Origin: an uncultured virus (IMG/VR IMGVR_UViG_3300027805_000007)
Taxonomy: Duplodnaviria; Heunggongvirae; Uroviricota; Caudoviricetes
Reading direction: 5' to 3' (one strand)
Length of the DNA: 64,000 nucleotides
Virus record (IMG/VR): IMGVR_UViG_3300027805_000007
The notes below the pieces were generated by a model that saw only the letters and a list, made by a program, of their open reading frames with translations, ran no database searches and was not told where the DNA came from. The position numbers and the translations under genes are program-made. This document shows positions 24,004 through 34,216 of the stretch, one piece after another (the stretch's first letter is position 1; the number at the start of each line of letters is the position of its first letter).

Positions 24004-25656
24004 TTAATTTAACTTTGTTGAAGACTGTATAGTTTTAACATTGAATGAATCACCGTCTATCCAATTATCATATAACACTTCTGTAAGTGCTTGAGCGTAT
24101 TGTTTTGAAGTTGCTTGACCACCTTGAGTACCAGAAACAACATAACCAATATTGACTTCAATAAGGTATTTAGCAGCCGATGACGTGTCATATTTATTTG
24201 CAATACTTGGGTTTAATTTTGTTATTTCAAAAGTAGTTGGCCTTGCGTTAACTAATGGAATAGCAGAGTCCCAAGTAACTTCTGATTGAGCAGACGTTTC
24301 GTAGATAATTTTACCAATACTACCTGTAAAGTCAGGGTCTTGAGGAACACCTTGACGACCTTTGTACGTTATTCTAATAGTCATAGTGGCATCTGTTTTA
24401 GCAATAAAATCTTTATTAACATCGTAAGTATTAGTAGGGACCATAGATACTTCAAAAAACGTACTGTCACCCTTACTTAAAATGTCTGATATTTTAAGTT
24501 CTTTTCTGTTGCTGTCATTACTAAATGGGTTTATTTTTGATGGTATAGAACTCTTAGAGCGCACAACTCTATTAACAAGGTCATCAGCAAGCGGCTGTAA
24601 CTTTATGGCTTCTTGCTCTACATCACTACTGCCCTGACCTGGTTGAGTGTCTTCTAGCGCAACTTTAAGACTACGTGTAAGAAACGTATCCCTAGTTGCA
24701 AATCCAATGTACATTGCTTCCATTTGAATTTCTACAGTGCATTGTGTTGGCACCATGGCTAGGTTAAATTTGTTAAACGTAACAGTTGAACTGCTTATAA
24801 ACCCTTCAACCATGTACAAAGAAGAAAACACTATTCGTACTGGTTGAGCGATGAGAAACGCAGAGTTACCAATATTCCCAGACAGATACTCGCCTAAGTC
24901 TGATGGCATTACAAGTGGTTGTTGGTCTTGAGCATCTGCTGTTCCTGCGGATGCATTTGTAGGGTTATTAATGTTGTATTCTTTTGTGTAGTCAGTAATC
25001 TTTCCTAACAGTTTGTTTGCTAAATCTTGATTTAATCCCTGACCAATAACTTGGTCAAATACCATAAGGTCTGCTAGAACACCGATATCAGTTACTGACG
25101 ATGGGTTATATTCACCAACAGTAGTGCCAACTTTGCCACCCCCACCGCCAGGTGAAGCCGCATAAACATCTCGTACTTCTCCAGGTATTGTTGTAGGACG
25201 ATTATTAGTAGTAATAACGTTTGAATTATTACGGTAAGTTCCTGACGCTACCTCTGCCTCACGGTTTAATATGAAACTAAAAGCAAAGTTAGATTGTCCT
25301 GGGATTGGATTAACAAACTGACTAGGGTCTTGGTTCATCCAAAACTGAACATCATTACGAGCAGTTACGGAACGTACAAGAACGTCAGGGTTAAATTGAA
25401 AGTTAAAACGTCGTTTAGACAAGTTTTGACTTGCTGCATCTGTCCCATATGCTTCCGCAATCATACGCATATACCCACGCTGTAGTTTGATGTTTGTTCC
25501 TGTAACAGCATTCTTATAATTACTGGCAGGCCATAAAAAACCAGGGTTGTCTTTATCTCCAATAGCCTTTTCGCTACCTGGTTTGATGCCACCTTCATAT
25601 TTAGTAAAGTTATAAAACTGGTCATTTTGATAACGTGCTGGGAATTTATTAGCCAT
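24004..25656 (-). CDS. Tail tube initiator/baseplate protein
   Basis: FNFQFNP motif; immediately downstream of the tape measure. Confidence 0.65.
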   Translation of the reverse strand: MANKFPARYQNDQFYNFTKYEGGIKPGSEKAIGDKDNPGFLWPASNYKNAVTGTNIKLQRGYMRMIAEAYGTDAASQNLSKRRFNFQFNPDVLVRSVTARNDVQFWMNQDPSQFVNPIPGQSNFAFSFILNREAEVASGTYRNNSNVITTNNRPTTIPGEVRDVYAASPGGGGGKVGTTVGEYNPSSVTDIGVLADLMVFDQVIGQGLNQDLANKLLGKITDYTKEYNINNPTNASAGTADAQDQQPLVMPSDLGEYLSGNIGNSAFLIAQPVRIVFSSLYMVEGFISSSTVTFNKFNLAMVPTQCTVEIQMEAMYIGFATRDTFLTRSLKVALEDTQPGQGSSDVEQEAIKLQPLADDLVNRVVRSKSSIPSKINPFSNDSNRKELKISDILSKGDSTFFEVSMVPTNTYDVNKDFIAKTDATMTIRITYKGRQGVPQDPDFTGSIGKIIYETSAQSEVTWDSAIPLVNARPTTFEITKLNPSIANKYDTSSAAKYLIEVNIGYVVSGTQGGQATSKQYAQALTEVLYDNWIDGDSFNVKTIQSSTKLN

Positions 25657-28364
25657 TACATACCCCTTAGAGCAGTTGTTTTAACTTTACGAGAAATGAT
25701 ATCTGCAATCTCTTGAGCGGCACGGTTTGCGTCTGCCACATTGTTACCTGCTGATTGAATGTAAATGTTTGGAGCAATTGTAATACCACCTCCATTGCCC
25801 TCTACGATCACAGTGTTACCACCGCCACCACGAGAAGGTGCGCTAATAGGGTCACCTGAAGAACCCTTTGTAGTACTAATAGGGGTTCCAGGAGGAAGAT
25901 CAATTGATTTAAGTTTTCCTGCACCAGGCCATGTTATGTTGCCTCGTACAATAGATTCAAAGCCATCGTGCGCCCAAAGTTGTTCTAATAGAACTTTGGC
26001 TACTTTCTTTTGATCTTCAGGAGTTGCTAGTGCAGGATTCTTTGCATACTTTAAACCACCACCTCGGTTCCAGTTATATTGATTCATGGCAAATCCGCCC
26101 ATAAGCGTGCCGTCACGATTCTTTACAGTTCTAGTCCAATCCTTTTGCTCGTGTAGGTGTAAGGCTTCTAGATCAGCGTCGGTAAATGATTGTGGAACAA
26201 AATAACCCCAACCTTGGTAGTTTGGAGTTGTTCGGTACATGAATCCCGCAGGGATGGTTCCTGGTTTAAACCCTGGTGCAGAACCTTTACCTTTATTTTC
26301 CCCAGTTTTTGGCGCTCCTGTACGTAATGTAACTACACGACCACCAATGCCACCTCCTCCAATTTTCAGCACATTACTAGCACGAGAATAAGTAATGGAA
26401 TCAGCAATACTCATTTGAGAATTAACAGTGATACCACCACTAGCGCCATATGAATCTTCTGGAGTTCCTTCAAAGGTAGCGTCAAATGGGTAAGCAATAG
26501 TTCCCGCAGGACCACGTCCCCACGGCGCTCCATCTTTTTCATATTGCCTTCTGCTATTTGCAAGTTCTGCTGGTTGTACGTGCCAAGGTTCAGCAATGCT
26601 TGAGATAGTCTTCAAACCAAAGCGTGAAGCGTTTCGCATGAACCATTCTTCGTCAGCCTTTGTTGGATAGTTAAGGTCAACTGCCAAACCAAGTTCGTGC
26701 ATTGACATTCCTGGGGGAGCCGCATCTGGAACACCAGCATGCTTCTTCCAGTATGAACCGTCCCAGTACACACCTGTCTTTTCAGAGGTCTTTGAATAGC
26801 GGGACAAGAACATTGTTCGCTGATCCGCTGAGGAACGGAAACCAGTTCCAATTGTGATGCTTGGGCGCTCTGACATCATTTGACGCAAACGATCACCAAA
26901 CGTTTTATTTAAACTACTTGGTACATTTACCGATCCTCTGCCACCCCTAGCACCATTAGTTGCTTTAGATCCTGTTCCATCTTCTAAAGCATCTCCACCA
27001 ATTAAACCTAACGCATCTTTAATTGGACCAAAAGCCGCACCAAAACCTTTACCAAGAGCATTGGTTAACGGGTTATTTCGGGTACTAATACGAGCACCAA
27101 TAATGGCGGCAGTTAACTCCTCAACCTTACGTGTGAGGTCTTCCATCTTCTGGGTATTGCGCTCTAAAGATGCGTAGTTGTCTTTTTGTTTGTTATAGAA
27201 CGACTCATCACGTTGTGTTCTACGAACATCTGTTACTTCTCGTTCAGTAGCAAAGTTCTTATCAATACCCATGACACCCAACTGCTTACGGTCAGCAGGG
27301 TTGTACATCCCCTTCTTTCCGCCAGTCTTTTTCTGGTATTGAATGTTTTGCATTGCGTATTGAATAACAACATCTTGCATTTCTGGAGGTACACCCATAG
27401 CGCTCAAACGAGCACGGGTCATAGATCCAGGTTGTAGCGCACCACGAACTACGTTTTCATTAGTCAAACCAGCACCACGAACAATTGCCTGAATGACTTC
27501 TACTGGAGAGCGTTGCTTACCACCAGGTCCATACAGACCCGTACCCAACGTCATTGTTAAACGATTGTTTACTTCTGGAGAAGCCAACGTAGAAAGCATG
27601 TTGCTTACATCGCCAGTGCTTAAACCAAAACCAGTCATGGTGCGGATTGCTTCCACACCTGGAGCCATTATTTGAGCGTTAAGACCAGTAGTTGCTTGAA
27701 GACTAAGCATCTGGTTAATACCACCAGGACCAAGTCGGTAATTGTTAATTGGCTTTCTAAATTGGTTGTAATTCTGTTGTTGAGATATTCCATACATTTG
27801 TTGGAACATCACGCTCTGACGGTCTGCTTCTAAAGATGGACCATAACCACGATCAATGCGGGCATCTAACTTTTGCAGTTGTTCTTGGACTTTGTCCAAA
27901 TTCTTAGTGATTGATTTAGCCGCTAATGACGCCGCCATTGCATAAGGGTTCCCACTAGCCATAGCGGCGCCACTAAGACCACCACCGCCTCCACCTCCTC
28001 CAAGGTTTCCGAGTCCGCCACCAAGCCCACCACCGCTACCACCACCTGTACCTGCTACTAGGCGTGCAGTTGTAGCAGTAGCATTAGAAGTTGCGGCGGC
28101 TGTAGTAGTTGATGCTGAAGATGGCGCACCGCCACCTGAACCAGTGATTGCCCCAGTGGTACGGCTTGCTTCGGTGTTTAGTTGCCTAATTTCATTACGT
28201 AACGTTCTTACTCTTCTAGTAAGATCATCGTACGTTGTCATCCATAAACGGGCAATAGACCTATCAAGGCGCATGCCAACGTTAGCGTTTACATTGGAAA
28301 CATTGTTTCCAGTGCGTGGACTACCGCCAAAAGCACCATCACCTACGCCACGTTCTTCAGGCAT
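25656..28364 (-). CDS. Tape measure protein with M15 peptidase and Rpf-like transglycosylase domains
   Basis: Long A/G-rich helical region; GFRS..AAPPGMSMHELGLAVD..EPWH; HE..GGFAM..W..GG..YA..P..ATPEDQ..VA. Confidence 0.85.
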   Translation of the reverse strand: MPEERGVGDGAFGGSPRTGNNVSNVNANVGMRLDRSIARLWMTTYDDLTRRVRTLRNEIRQLNTEASRTTGAITGSGGGAPSSASTTTAAATSNATATTARLVAGTGGGSGGGLGGGLGNLGGGGGGGGLSGAAMASGNPYAMAASLAAKSITKNLDKVQEQLQKLDARIDRGYGPSLEADRQSVMFQQMYGISQQQNYNQFRKPINNYRLGPGGINQMLSLQATTGLNAQIMAPGVEAIRTMTGFGLSTGDVSNMLSTLASPEVNNRLTMTLGTGLYGPGGKQRSPVEVIQAIVRGAGLTNENVVRGALQPGSMTRARLSAMGVPPEMQDVVIQYAMQNIQYQKKTGGKKGMYNPADRKQLGVMGIDKNFATEREVTDVRRTQRDESFYNKQKDNYASLERNTQKMEDLTRKVEELTAAIIGARISTRNNPLTNALGKGFGAAFGPIKDALGLIGGDALEDGTGSKATNGARGGRGSVNVPSSLNKTFGDRLRQMMSERPSITIGTGFRSSADQRTMFLSRYSKTSEKTGVYWDGSYWKKHAGVPDAAPPGMSMHELGLAVDLNYPTKADEEWFMRNASRFGLKTISSIAEPWHVQPAELANSRRQYEKDGAPWGRGPAGTIAYPFDATFEGTPEDSYGASGGITVNSQMSIADSITYSRASNVLKIGGGGIGGRVVTLRTGAPKTGENKGKGSAPGFKPGTIPAGFMYRTTPNYQGWGYFVPQSFTDADLEALHLHEQKDWTRTVKNRDGTLMGGFAMNQYNWNRGGGLKYAKNPALATPEDQKKVAKVLLEQLWAHDGFESIVRGNITWPGAGKLKSIDLPPGTPISTTKGSSGDPISAPSRGGGGNTVIVEGNGGGITIAPNIYIQSAGNNVADANRAAQEIADIISRKVKTTALRGM

Positions 28365-28370
28365 GTTTCA

Positions 28371-28517
28371 TCAGTCTCCAGAGTTACGCCATTTACCCAT
28401 TGCGGACCAGTACTCCCGTTGGCGTACTGCCATATTTTGTATGTCGTTGAGCGTAAAGCCCTTGTAAACCGTGGCTATCAAATCGTATTCCCAGTATATA
28501 TGAGTTAGATTAACCGA
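28371..28517 (-). CDS. Frameshift extension of the tail assembly chaperone (SVNLTHIYWEYDLIATVYKGFTLNDIQNMAVRQREYW...)
   Basis: 48 open codons in the +1/-2 frame overlapping the chaperone end at TCC CTT TTA; ends 6 nt before the TMP start. Confidence 0.7.
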   Translation of the reverse strand, partial: SVNLTHIYWEYDLIATVYKGFTLNDIQNMAVRQREYWSAMGKWRNSGD

Positions 28518-29292
28518 ATAAAAGGGATGCCCAATCAAGCACGATGTTCAGATCTGAGCCACACGTAGCGCATTGGGCATTCACCTCCCCTACTTCAGGG
28601 CCAGGTTGGCTGTCCATTAGTACCCGAACCAACTCATTGCGGTCCTTCATACCAAGTCCTTTAGCCCATTGCTGTGGGTTAGACATGGCTGGGGATTCAA
28701 CACAACGAGCCAGCATTAACGTATTTTGTTCTGCGGTTGACTTTGCTTTTTTAGCAACGATCTGGCTGTCCATACCGTTAGGAAGACGCATCCGAATCTT
28801 AGTGCCGTCAGATAAGGTTGCTTCTAAAGGTGTTTGAGGGTCATGGTCTACCTTGCGGTTCTCAAACTCATTCATTGGAACAACAATGTCGTTCATAGCC
28901 TTGCATGAACCACAGGTCACTTGGTACTCACGGTTTACACCGTAGGTTGCTTCAACGATCTTCAGAAACAACAAATCACGATCACCAATAATTAAATTAT
29001 CAATGACAGTTGGGTTATCTTTAACAGAGAAGGACCCGACTGAAACTACAGCCCGCTTTAACAGTACGGACATGTACTCAGAATAAACTATGTTTTGATT
29101 ATCTAAAGCAGCCAGTGCTTCTTCGTCAAAACCGTTTAATTCCCGAACGTATGCGGTGTTTTCCCATGAGTTAGTTTCCGAGTTAAAGACACCACGCAAC
29201 AACTCTATAGAGGTTGAGGGTGGTGCTTTAACTTCAGGAATCTCTTCTGCAAGGGCGGCATTAAGCGCATCGGCTTGTTGTTTATCATCCAT
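28510..29292 (-). CDS. Tail assembly chaperone (T4 gp26/gp51-like, zinc-binding)
   Basis: VRELNGFDEE, LIIGDRD.L, CGSC and CATCG; between tube and TMP. Confidence 0.8.
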   Translation of the reverse strand: MDDKQQADALNAALAEEIPEVKAPPSTSIELLRGVFNSETNSWENTAYVRELNGFDEEALAALDNQNIVYSEYMSVLLKRAVVSVGSFSVKDNPTVIDNLIIGDRDLLFLKIVEATYGVNREYQVTCGSCKAMNDIVVPMNEFENRKVDHDPQTPLEATLSDGTKIRMRLPNGMDSQIVAKKAKSTAEQNTLMLARCVESPAMSNPQQWAKGLGMKDRNELVRVLMDSQPGPEVGEVNAQCATCGSDLNIVLDWASLLFG

Positions 29293-29327
29293 CTTCTTAT
29301 ACTCCTTAAATAGTGGTACTGGTTATA

Positions 29328-29981
29328 CTACATGGTTGCGAGGTCTTGAGTACCGTTCCAGTCAATGTAGAAACCTTCGTGGTGAACGGTCATTGATTGA
29401 ATCAAGATACCGTTGTCTCCAGCATTAAGGTCGGTCAAAGCATAAGCGCCAGGCCATGCATTAAACAGTTTAAATTGAAACTTAACGTTTCCAGGTACAA
29501 CTGGCTTGTTAGAAGTTCCCTGTTGTCCACCGTCATACTGGTAGAACAAAGAGTTTCCACTCTGAGCATCTACTTCACTTGCGGTGTGTGGGTGGTCGTA
29601 TACTTTTACGAGAATGTCGCAACGGTATTCTGAGTCGCCATTTGACAATCCAGGTTCTCCACCAACGCCTTGTCCCAACCAAGCATGGAGGAACTTCTGC
29701 CACTGGAACAACTGATCTTGACCACTGAAGGCACCACGAGCAAATGAGACAGGGGCAAAGTCTGACTGTGCCACCATCTTGTGTGGGTGGGTGTTCATTC
29801 CACCTTCACGATAGGTGATGATTTCGTTGGTTACGGAGATACCGCTTACCTGAGCAAAACCAAGTTCACTAACTTGGCTTAACTTTTGAGCAATAGGACC
29901 TGAGGATGACTTAGGAATAATCTGCACACGGAACTTAAAGTTACGTAGCGGATCAGTTCGCATTGTTTTTGCTGTTACCAT
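29328..29981 (-). CDS. Tail tube protein (T4 gp19-like)
   Basis: DPLRNFKFRV, GFAQVSG, YREGG, NAWP..L.A. Confidence 0.92.
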   Translation of the reverse strand: MVTAKTMRTDPLRNFKFRVQIIPKSSSGPIAQKLSQVSELGFAQVSGISVTNEIITYREGGMNTHPHKMVAQSDFAPVSFARGAFSGQDQLFQWQKFLHAWLGQGVGGEPGLSNGDSEYRCDILVKVYDHPHTASEVDAQSGNSLFYQYDGGQQGTSNKPVVPGNVKFQFKLFNAWPGAYALTDLNAGDNGILIQSMTVHHEGFYIDWNGTQDLATM

Positions 29982-30001
29982 TTTTTAAATAACTCCTTGG
30001 A

Positions 30002-31579
30002 TTAGAGGTTTCCAGCAGAGCCGTTGCCAGCCCACTGTGTGAGGTTAATTACGACAAACTCGGCTGGGTACTGCAATGCGACACCAACCTCAATATTTAC
30101 GTATCCATCTTCAATACTTGCCTGAGTGTTGTTTGTTGAGTCACAGATGATGTAGAAAGCACTTGTTGAGTTAGCACCCTTCAAGTTCCCCTTAGCCCAG
30201 AAATCAGTAAGAGTGCTGGACAATGAGACTTTGATGCGATCCCACAAACGTTCGTCGTTAGGTTCAAAAACAGCAAACTGAGTTTGTGCATCAAGAACCG
30301 TGCGTAGGTACGAAAGGGTACGGCGGATCGTGATGTACTTGTCTGGACGGTTCTTAGCCAAGGTGCGAGCACCGTTGATGATTGTTCCACCACCAGCAAT
30401 CGTGCGGATGCAGTTAACATGGTTAGTGTTATACAAAGTACCTTGATCAGCATCTGACACAGTTGCTACCAAGCCGAATACGTTCTGCAAGTCCAAGAAG
30501 TAACCAGCAGGTGCTTTAGCAACACCACGGAGGTTCTCCGAACGTACGTACGCTCCAGCAATTGCTCCACCTGGGTAGGTGTTGCGGATAGCGGTTGGAC
30601 CACTCTTTGATGGGTCATACATCTTCAATGCTGGGAAGTACACAGCGCCAAAGCCACCATTGCTGGTGCTGTATGACGAGATTGCGGTCTGCACGTCAGC
30701 CTTAGTTGCAGCGTCAATTGGGCAATCAATGATGACAAAAGCGTCAGCACGGTTTGCTGCATATGACAACGCTTGGTTAACACGGGTGCTTGATGTCTGA
30801 CCAACAAGGTTAATCAACAAAGGACCACTTACTGCATCAAGATTTGATACTGAGGTAGCCCATTCAGTGTCAGCACTTACTGACGAAGCGTTAGTAGCGT
30901 CTGAACCATTAGCCAATGTAAGTGTTGTTGAGTATGTACCTGCGGTAATACCAGAAACAGCAATAGTGGTGTTTGTACCAATTGTTGCTGGGGTTCCCTG
31001 TACATTTACGTACGACGAATAAAGTTCAAGAACTTGCTTGAAATAACGGCTTGCTGAAGGATCAAACGAAAGTTCTTGCCAACGCTCTACTTCAATTGTA
31101 GAACCGTTTCGTTCTTGCGAAACAATCATTGAGAACAACGTTGATGCCTGTACTTTTGGTGCGCTTGATGCATCAACCAAAGTGTTTGTATCAAAACTCA
31201 AAGTAACTGAAACGTCGTCACCCCAAGCACCTTTTGAAGATGCTTGCAAAGTAAACAAAGTTGATGATCCAGAAGCACCAGTTACTGTACCTGTGTACGC
31301 AACTGTAGATGCAACGGCGGTGGTGTCAATTACACGTGAAACATAAGCGTCACGACCACCGTTTGCAAAGTAATGGTAAACAGCATAACCAAGGTCGTAA
31401 CCTTGTGCCAATTCACCAAACTTTGCCTTGTAGTCATTCCACGAGGTAATGAGGGTTGGAACAGCAGGACCACGCTCTGCGGTACCGACAAATGCGGCAG
31501 CCGTTGTAGCGGTGCGTGGGCTGATGTTGCTTGTAAATGGAGTCTCACGTACGTAGACTCCTGGGCGTTCGTATGCCAT
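30002..31579 (-). CDS. Contractile tail sheath protein
   Basis: RPGVYVRE, AFVG.AERGP, YFANGG, GVAKAPAG, GARTL, VFEPND, PAEFV. Confidence 0.95.
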   Translation of the reverse strand: MAYERPGVYVRETPFTSNISPRTATTAAAFVGTAERGPAVPTLITSWNDYKAKFGELAQGYDLGYAVYHYFANGGRDAYVSRVIDTTAVASTVAYTGTVTGASGSSTLFTLQASSKGAWGDDVSVTLSFDTNTLVDASSAPKVQASTLFSMIVSQERNGSTIEVERWQELSFDPSASRYFKQVLELYSSYVNVQGTPATIGTNTTIAVSGITAGTYSTTLTLANGSDATNASSVSADTEWATSVSNLDAVSGPLLINLVGQTSSTRVNQALSYAANRADAFVIIDCPIDAATKADVQTAISSYSTSNGGFGAVYFPALKMYDPSKSGPTAIRNTYPGGAIAGAYVRSENLRGVAKAPAGYFLDLQNVFGLVATVSDADQGTLYNTNHVNCIRTIAGGGTIINGARTLAKNRPDKYITIRRTLSYLRTVLDAQTQFAVFEPNDERLWDRIKVSLSSTLTDFWAKGNLKGANSTSAFYIICDSTNNTQASIEDGYVNIEVGVALQYPAEFVVINLTQWAGNGSAGNL

Positions 31580-31616
31580 TTTTACTCCTAAATCAAAGGT
31601 GACAGGGTTTCAATAA

Positions 31617-32252
31617 TTAATTCGTCTGTTCAAGTGTAGTTGATACAGACGTTACTTTCTTGAGGCCGATTAGTGCAGACGTTGGTAGTTCCGACGTCAT
31701 TTGTAGTGTGTATACCTTACGGAAGATACGCTTTCTGTAGCCCGCTTCAGGGTCAAGAAGGTCTGCTGTAGACCAATCTAGTAGGTCCAAACGACGAGAG
31801 GTTCCGTCTGCCTCAATGTTGATTGAACTGTACCTAAAGGGGATAACTGTAGTTAACATCTGGGTGGCTATTTGTCGGTCATGTATGGCGCTTCTTGTAA
31901 ACGTAGAAACTTGATATAAAAGATCTATTGGGGTAAACTCAGTAGTTTTGTATGAGTCAAATCCTTCAATATTTGGGGAACTAGCGGAAGAGGTGCTAGG
32001 CCAATAGTCAATATTGTTGGGATGCCCCGTACGGTGAGTATCTAAGAAGTTCTCAGAATGCTGACGGTTCTTTGCATGCACAATGTCAATTAGTTCAATT
32101 GTGATGAAAGGGTAGTAGCGTTCTGTTTCACCTTCTGGGTATCGGAAGAACACTTGAACTGGGCGTGAGGCATCACGGTCGTCACTGACGGTAAGACCTG
32201 TAAACAACTTTTTGATTGCCTCGTCTTCGGCAAAGAGGAACCCAGTCTTCAT
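31617..32252 (-). CDS. Tail terminator / head-tail connector-like protein
   Basis: YPFITIEL..P.DLLYQV; position upstream of the sheath. Confidence 0.65.
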   Translation of the reverse strand: MKTGFLFAEDEAIKKLFTGLTVSDDRDASRPVQVFFRYPEGETERYYPFITIELIDIVHAKNRQHSENFLDTHRTGHPNNIDYWPSTSSASSPNIEGFDSYKTTEFTPIDLLYQVSTFTRSAIHDRQIATQMLTTVIPFRYSSINIEADGTSRRLDLLDWSTADLLDPEAGYRKRIFRKVYTLQMTSELPTSALIGLKKVTSVSTTLEQTN

Positions 32253-32629
32253 ACTTTTAAGCCTTTACTGATTACCTTTTCAATGGTCTTTGTCATAGCG
32301 TCAGCGTCACGAACCACAGATTTGCGCAAGAGTGCCCGTGCTGTAGAGGTAGGTCCGCCGTACTCTGCTTCAACGACCTCAGCCCCTGATGCCGTAACTT
32401 CAAACCTATTATTGTTAACGTTGTACGTGACTGACACATCAGCAGAAATACCTTGATCTGCATAGGTACGTCGTAACCTGTCTTCCTCTTCTTGAGCGGC
32501 GGCATATAAAGCCGATGCTACGAGTTTGGGAAAGTTGAGCGTAGTAGACATCATGTTCTTAAGAACCCAAGGTTCTCCAGATATAAAGTCACTAGAACTT
32601 GAGGGTATAGGGGCATCAAAGCCAGGCAT
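32249..32629 (-). CDS. Hypothetical morphogenesis protein
   Basis: AAGGAG RBS; neck-gene cluster. Confidence 0.7.
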   Translation of the reverse strand: MPGFDAPIPSSSSDFISGEPWVLKNMMSTTLNFPKLVASALYAAAQEEEDRLRRTYADQGISADVSVTYNVNNNRFEVTASGAEVVEAEYGGPTSTARALLRKSVVRDADAMTKTIEKVISKGLKV

Positions 32630-32692
32630 TGGCTTCTCCTTAAGTTCTAGGCGTTGGACCTCTTGGCGCTCACCAAGATTGCTTTAAGTTTA

Positions 32693-33229
32693 TCAAATAC
32701 TAGGCAACGCTGTAGGCCAAGGAAGGTTTTGCACACCCATTGCGGTTGGACCTGGGTCAAAAGGCATTTCTTGGTTGATGTAAACCTCAATACCTTCAAC
32801 GACTACAAGGACGTCATCACGTAAGCGTCCACGAACACGGTATGTAGCAAGACTAAAATAACGACCGTCATACAAGAACATATCGTTTAGATGCTTCTGG
32901 TATTCAAAAGGATCGGTCACCCCAGCGGTTCTAAAGTCCTCAATGGATGCCACAAAGTTAGTGAGTTCCACAGGCTGACGACCTTCAGGAATGGCTCGTT
33001 TCTGGTCTTCAGTTTCCGTAATCATCAATACGGGAATAGTCACACCCGACTTGTACTTGCGTCCGTTAGGTCCTGCTATGCCTTCGTCGTATACGTCATC
33101 GTATAGTGACCCAGCGCTGGCTGGAGTAGTGGCTGTTAGGTATTCAAACCAGACCACCGTCTCACCATAGTTTCTGGTGTATTCACGGTAATGGCGGCGA
33201 ATACTATTTAGTTCACGCCGAAGATCCAT
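32693..33229 (-). CDS. Head-tail joining (stopper/neck) protein
   Basis: Size and position after the adaptor; GETVVWF..YDDVYDE. Confidence 0.6.
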   Translation of the reverse strand: MDLRRELNSIRRHYREYTRNYGETVVWFEYLTATTPASAGSLYDDVYDEGIAGPNGRKYKSGVTIPVLMITETEDQKRAIPEGRQPVELTNFVASIEDFRTAGVTDPFEYQKHLNDMFLYDGRYFSLATYRVRGRLRDDVLVVVEGIEVYINQEMPFDPGPTAMGVQNLPWPTALPSI

Positions 33230-34041
33230 TAGATGTATGTGTTATTCGTGTAGCCCGTTGGGGGATCCATGTCAATGTATACATCTTCACGCAACTTATC
33301 CAGTGGGTCTTCCTCAAGTTGAATAACTTCTTTGTCTTGATTTGGGAAGATGCGCTCAATTGGACCGTACTCACCAAGTTCTTTAGCCTTAAAGATTGGT
33401 ACATAACGGTTAGTTGTGCGGGATACACGGCGTAGATTAAATATTTCAATTCTGTCAACACCAATGTTAAGCGCACGAGCCTGTGACTGATACTGACCAG
33501 TCCAATAGGCAAGGAGGCTTTGTACCATGCGGAAACGCTGGCTGGCTGGGATATGAATGGACTCAGAGGTCATAACGTCAATGTCACGGCTGAACTCAGA
33601 CATCAAAGCACCTAGGGCTTCTACGATGGTGCCAATACCAATCGTTTCAATGATAAGCGCAGACATGTTCTCAAGAGGTATTTCAAGACTGAAAGTGTGC
33701 TGAGAAATAGCCTGCTTGGCATAGAACTCAAGGTCTTGTGGGGACACCCATTCGTAGTGGTACCCCTCAACCATAATCTTTGCTCCTGATGCAGGGGTAG
33801 AAGCAAGGCGGAGAATGCCGTTACGGCTGTCTAGTGAATACTGAGACGATGTTAGTTCAGTTACAGAAGCACCAACGTTTGTGGCAATCCACATGGTGCT
33901 GGTGTCAATGTTAGGCTGACCTAACTCGTAGGTACGCCCAACAGCGTCAAAAGAGACCTGAAAGAACTTTGGAAAGTCCCGCAAGTAGTTTCTGGCTACC
34001 GTGGTAACCTCATCCATGATCTGCTGTGAGTAGATAGCCAT
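33229..34041 (-). CDS. Head-tail adaptor (neck) protein
   Basis: Position; IPASQRF motif; leaderless TAAACT promoter. Confidence 0.6.
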   Translation of the reverse strand: MAIYSQQIMDEVTTVARNYLRDFPKFFQVSFDAVGRTYELGQPNIDTSTMWIATNVGASVTELTSSQYSLDSRNGILRLASTPASGAKIMVEGYHYEWVSPQDLEFYAKQAISQHTFSLEIPLENMSALIIETIGIGTIVEALGALMSEFSRDIDVMTSESIHIPASQRFRMVQSLLAYWTGQYQSQARALNIGVDRIEIFNLRRVSRTTNRYVPIFKAKELGEYGPIERIFPNQDKEVIQLEEDPLDKLREDVYIDMDPPTGYTNNTYI

Positions 34042-34060
34042 GCTTACAGTTTACTTCAAA

Positions 34061-34216
34061 TTACTGATCGCCTGAGCCTGCGCCAGGGACAGTGTCTCTG
34101 TAGGGCTGATTTACCTCTGGTTGTTGTTCTCTGTGGCGATGGGACATAACGCCCAACACTCTGGTGATGTCGGCAACGGTGCCCGTTGGTTTAGGGATAG
34201 GACGTTCAGTTGTCAT
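34061..34216 (-). CDS. 51-aa hypothetical protein (MTTERPIPKPTG...), absent from the ORF track
   Basis: GGAG RBS; ATGA overlap. Confidence 0.6.
   Translation of the reverse strand: MTTERPIPKPTGTVADITRVLGVMSHRHREQQPEVNQPYRDTVPGAGSGDQ

Noticed and set aside
18593..31579. Extracellular contractile injection system or tailocin
   Set aside because: Capsid, portal, scaffold, terminase and replication genes are present, so this is a phage
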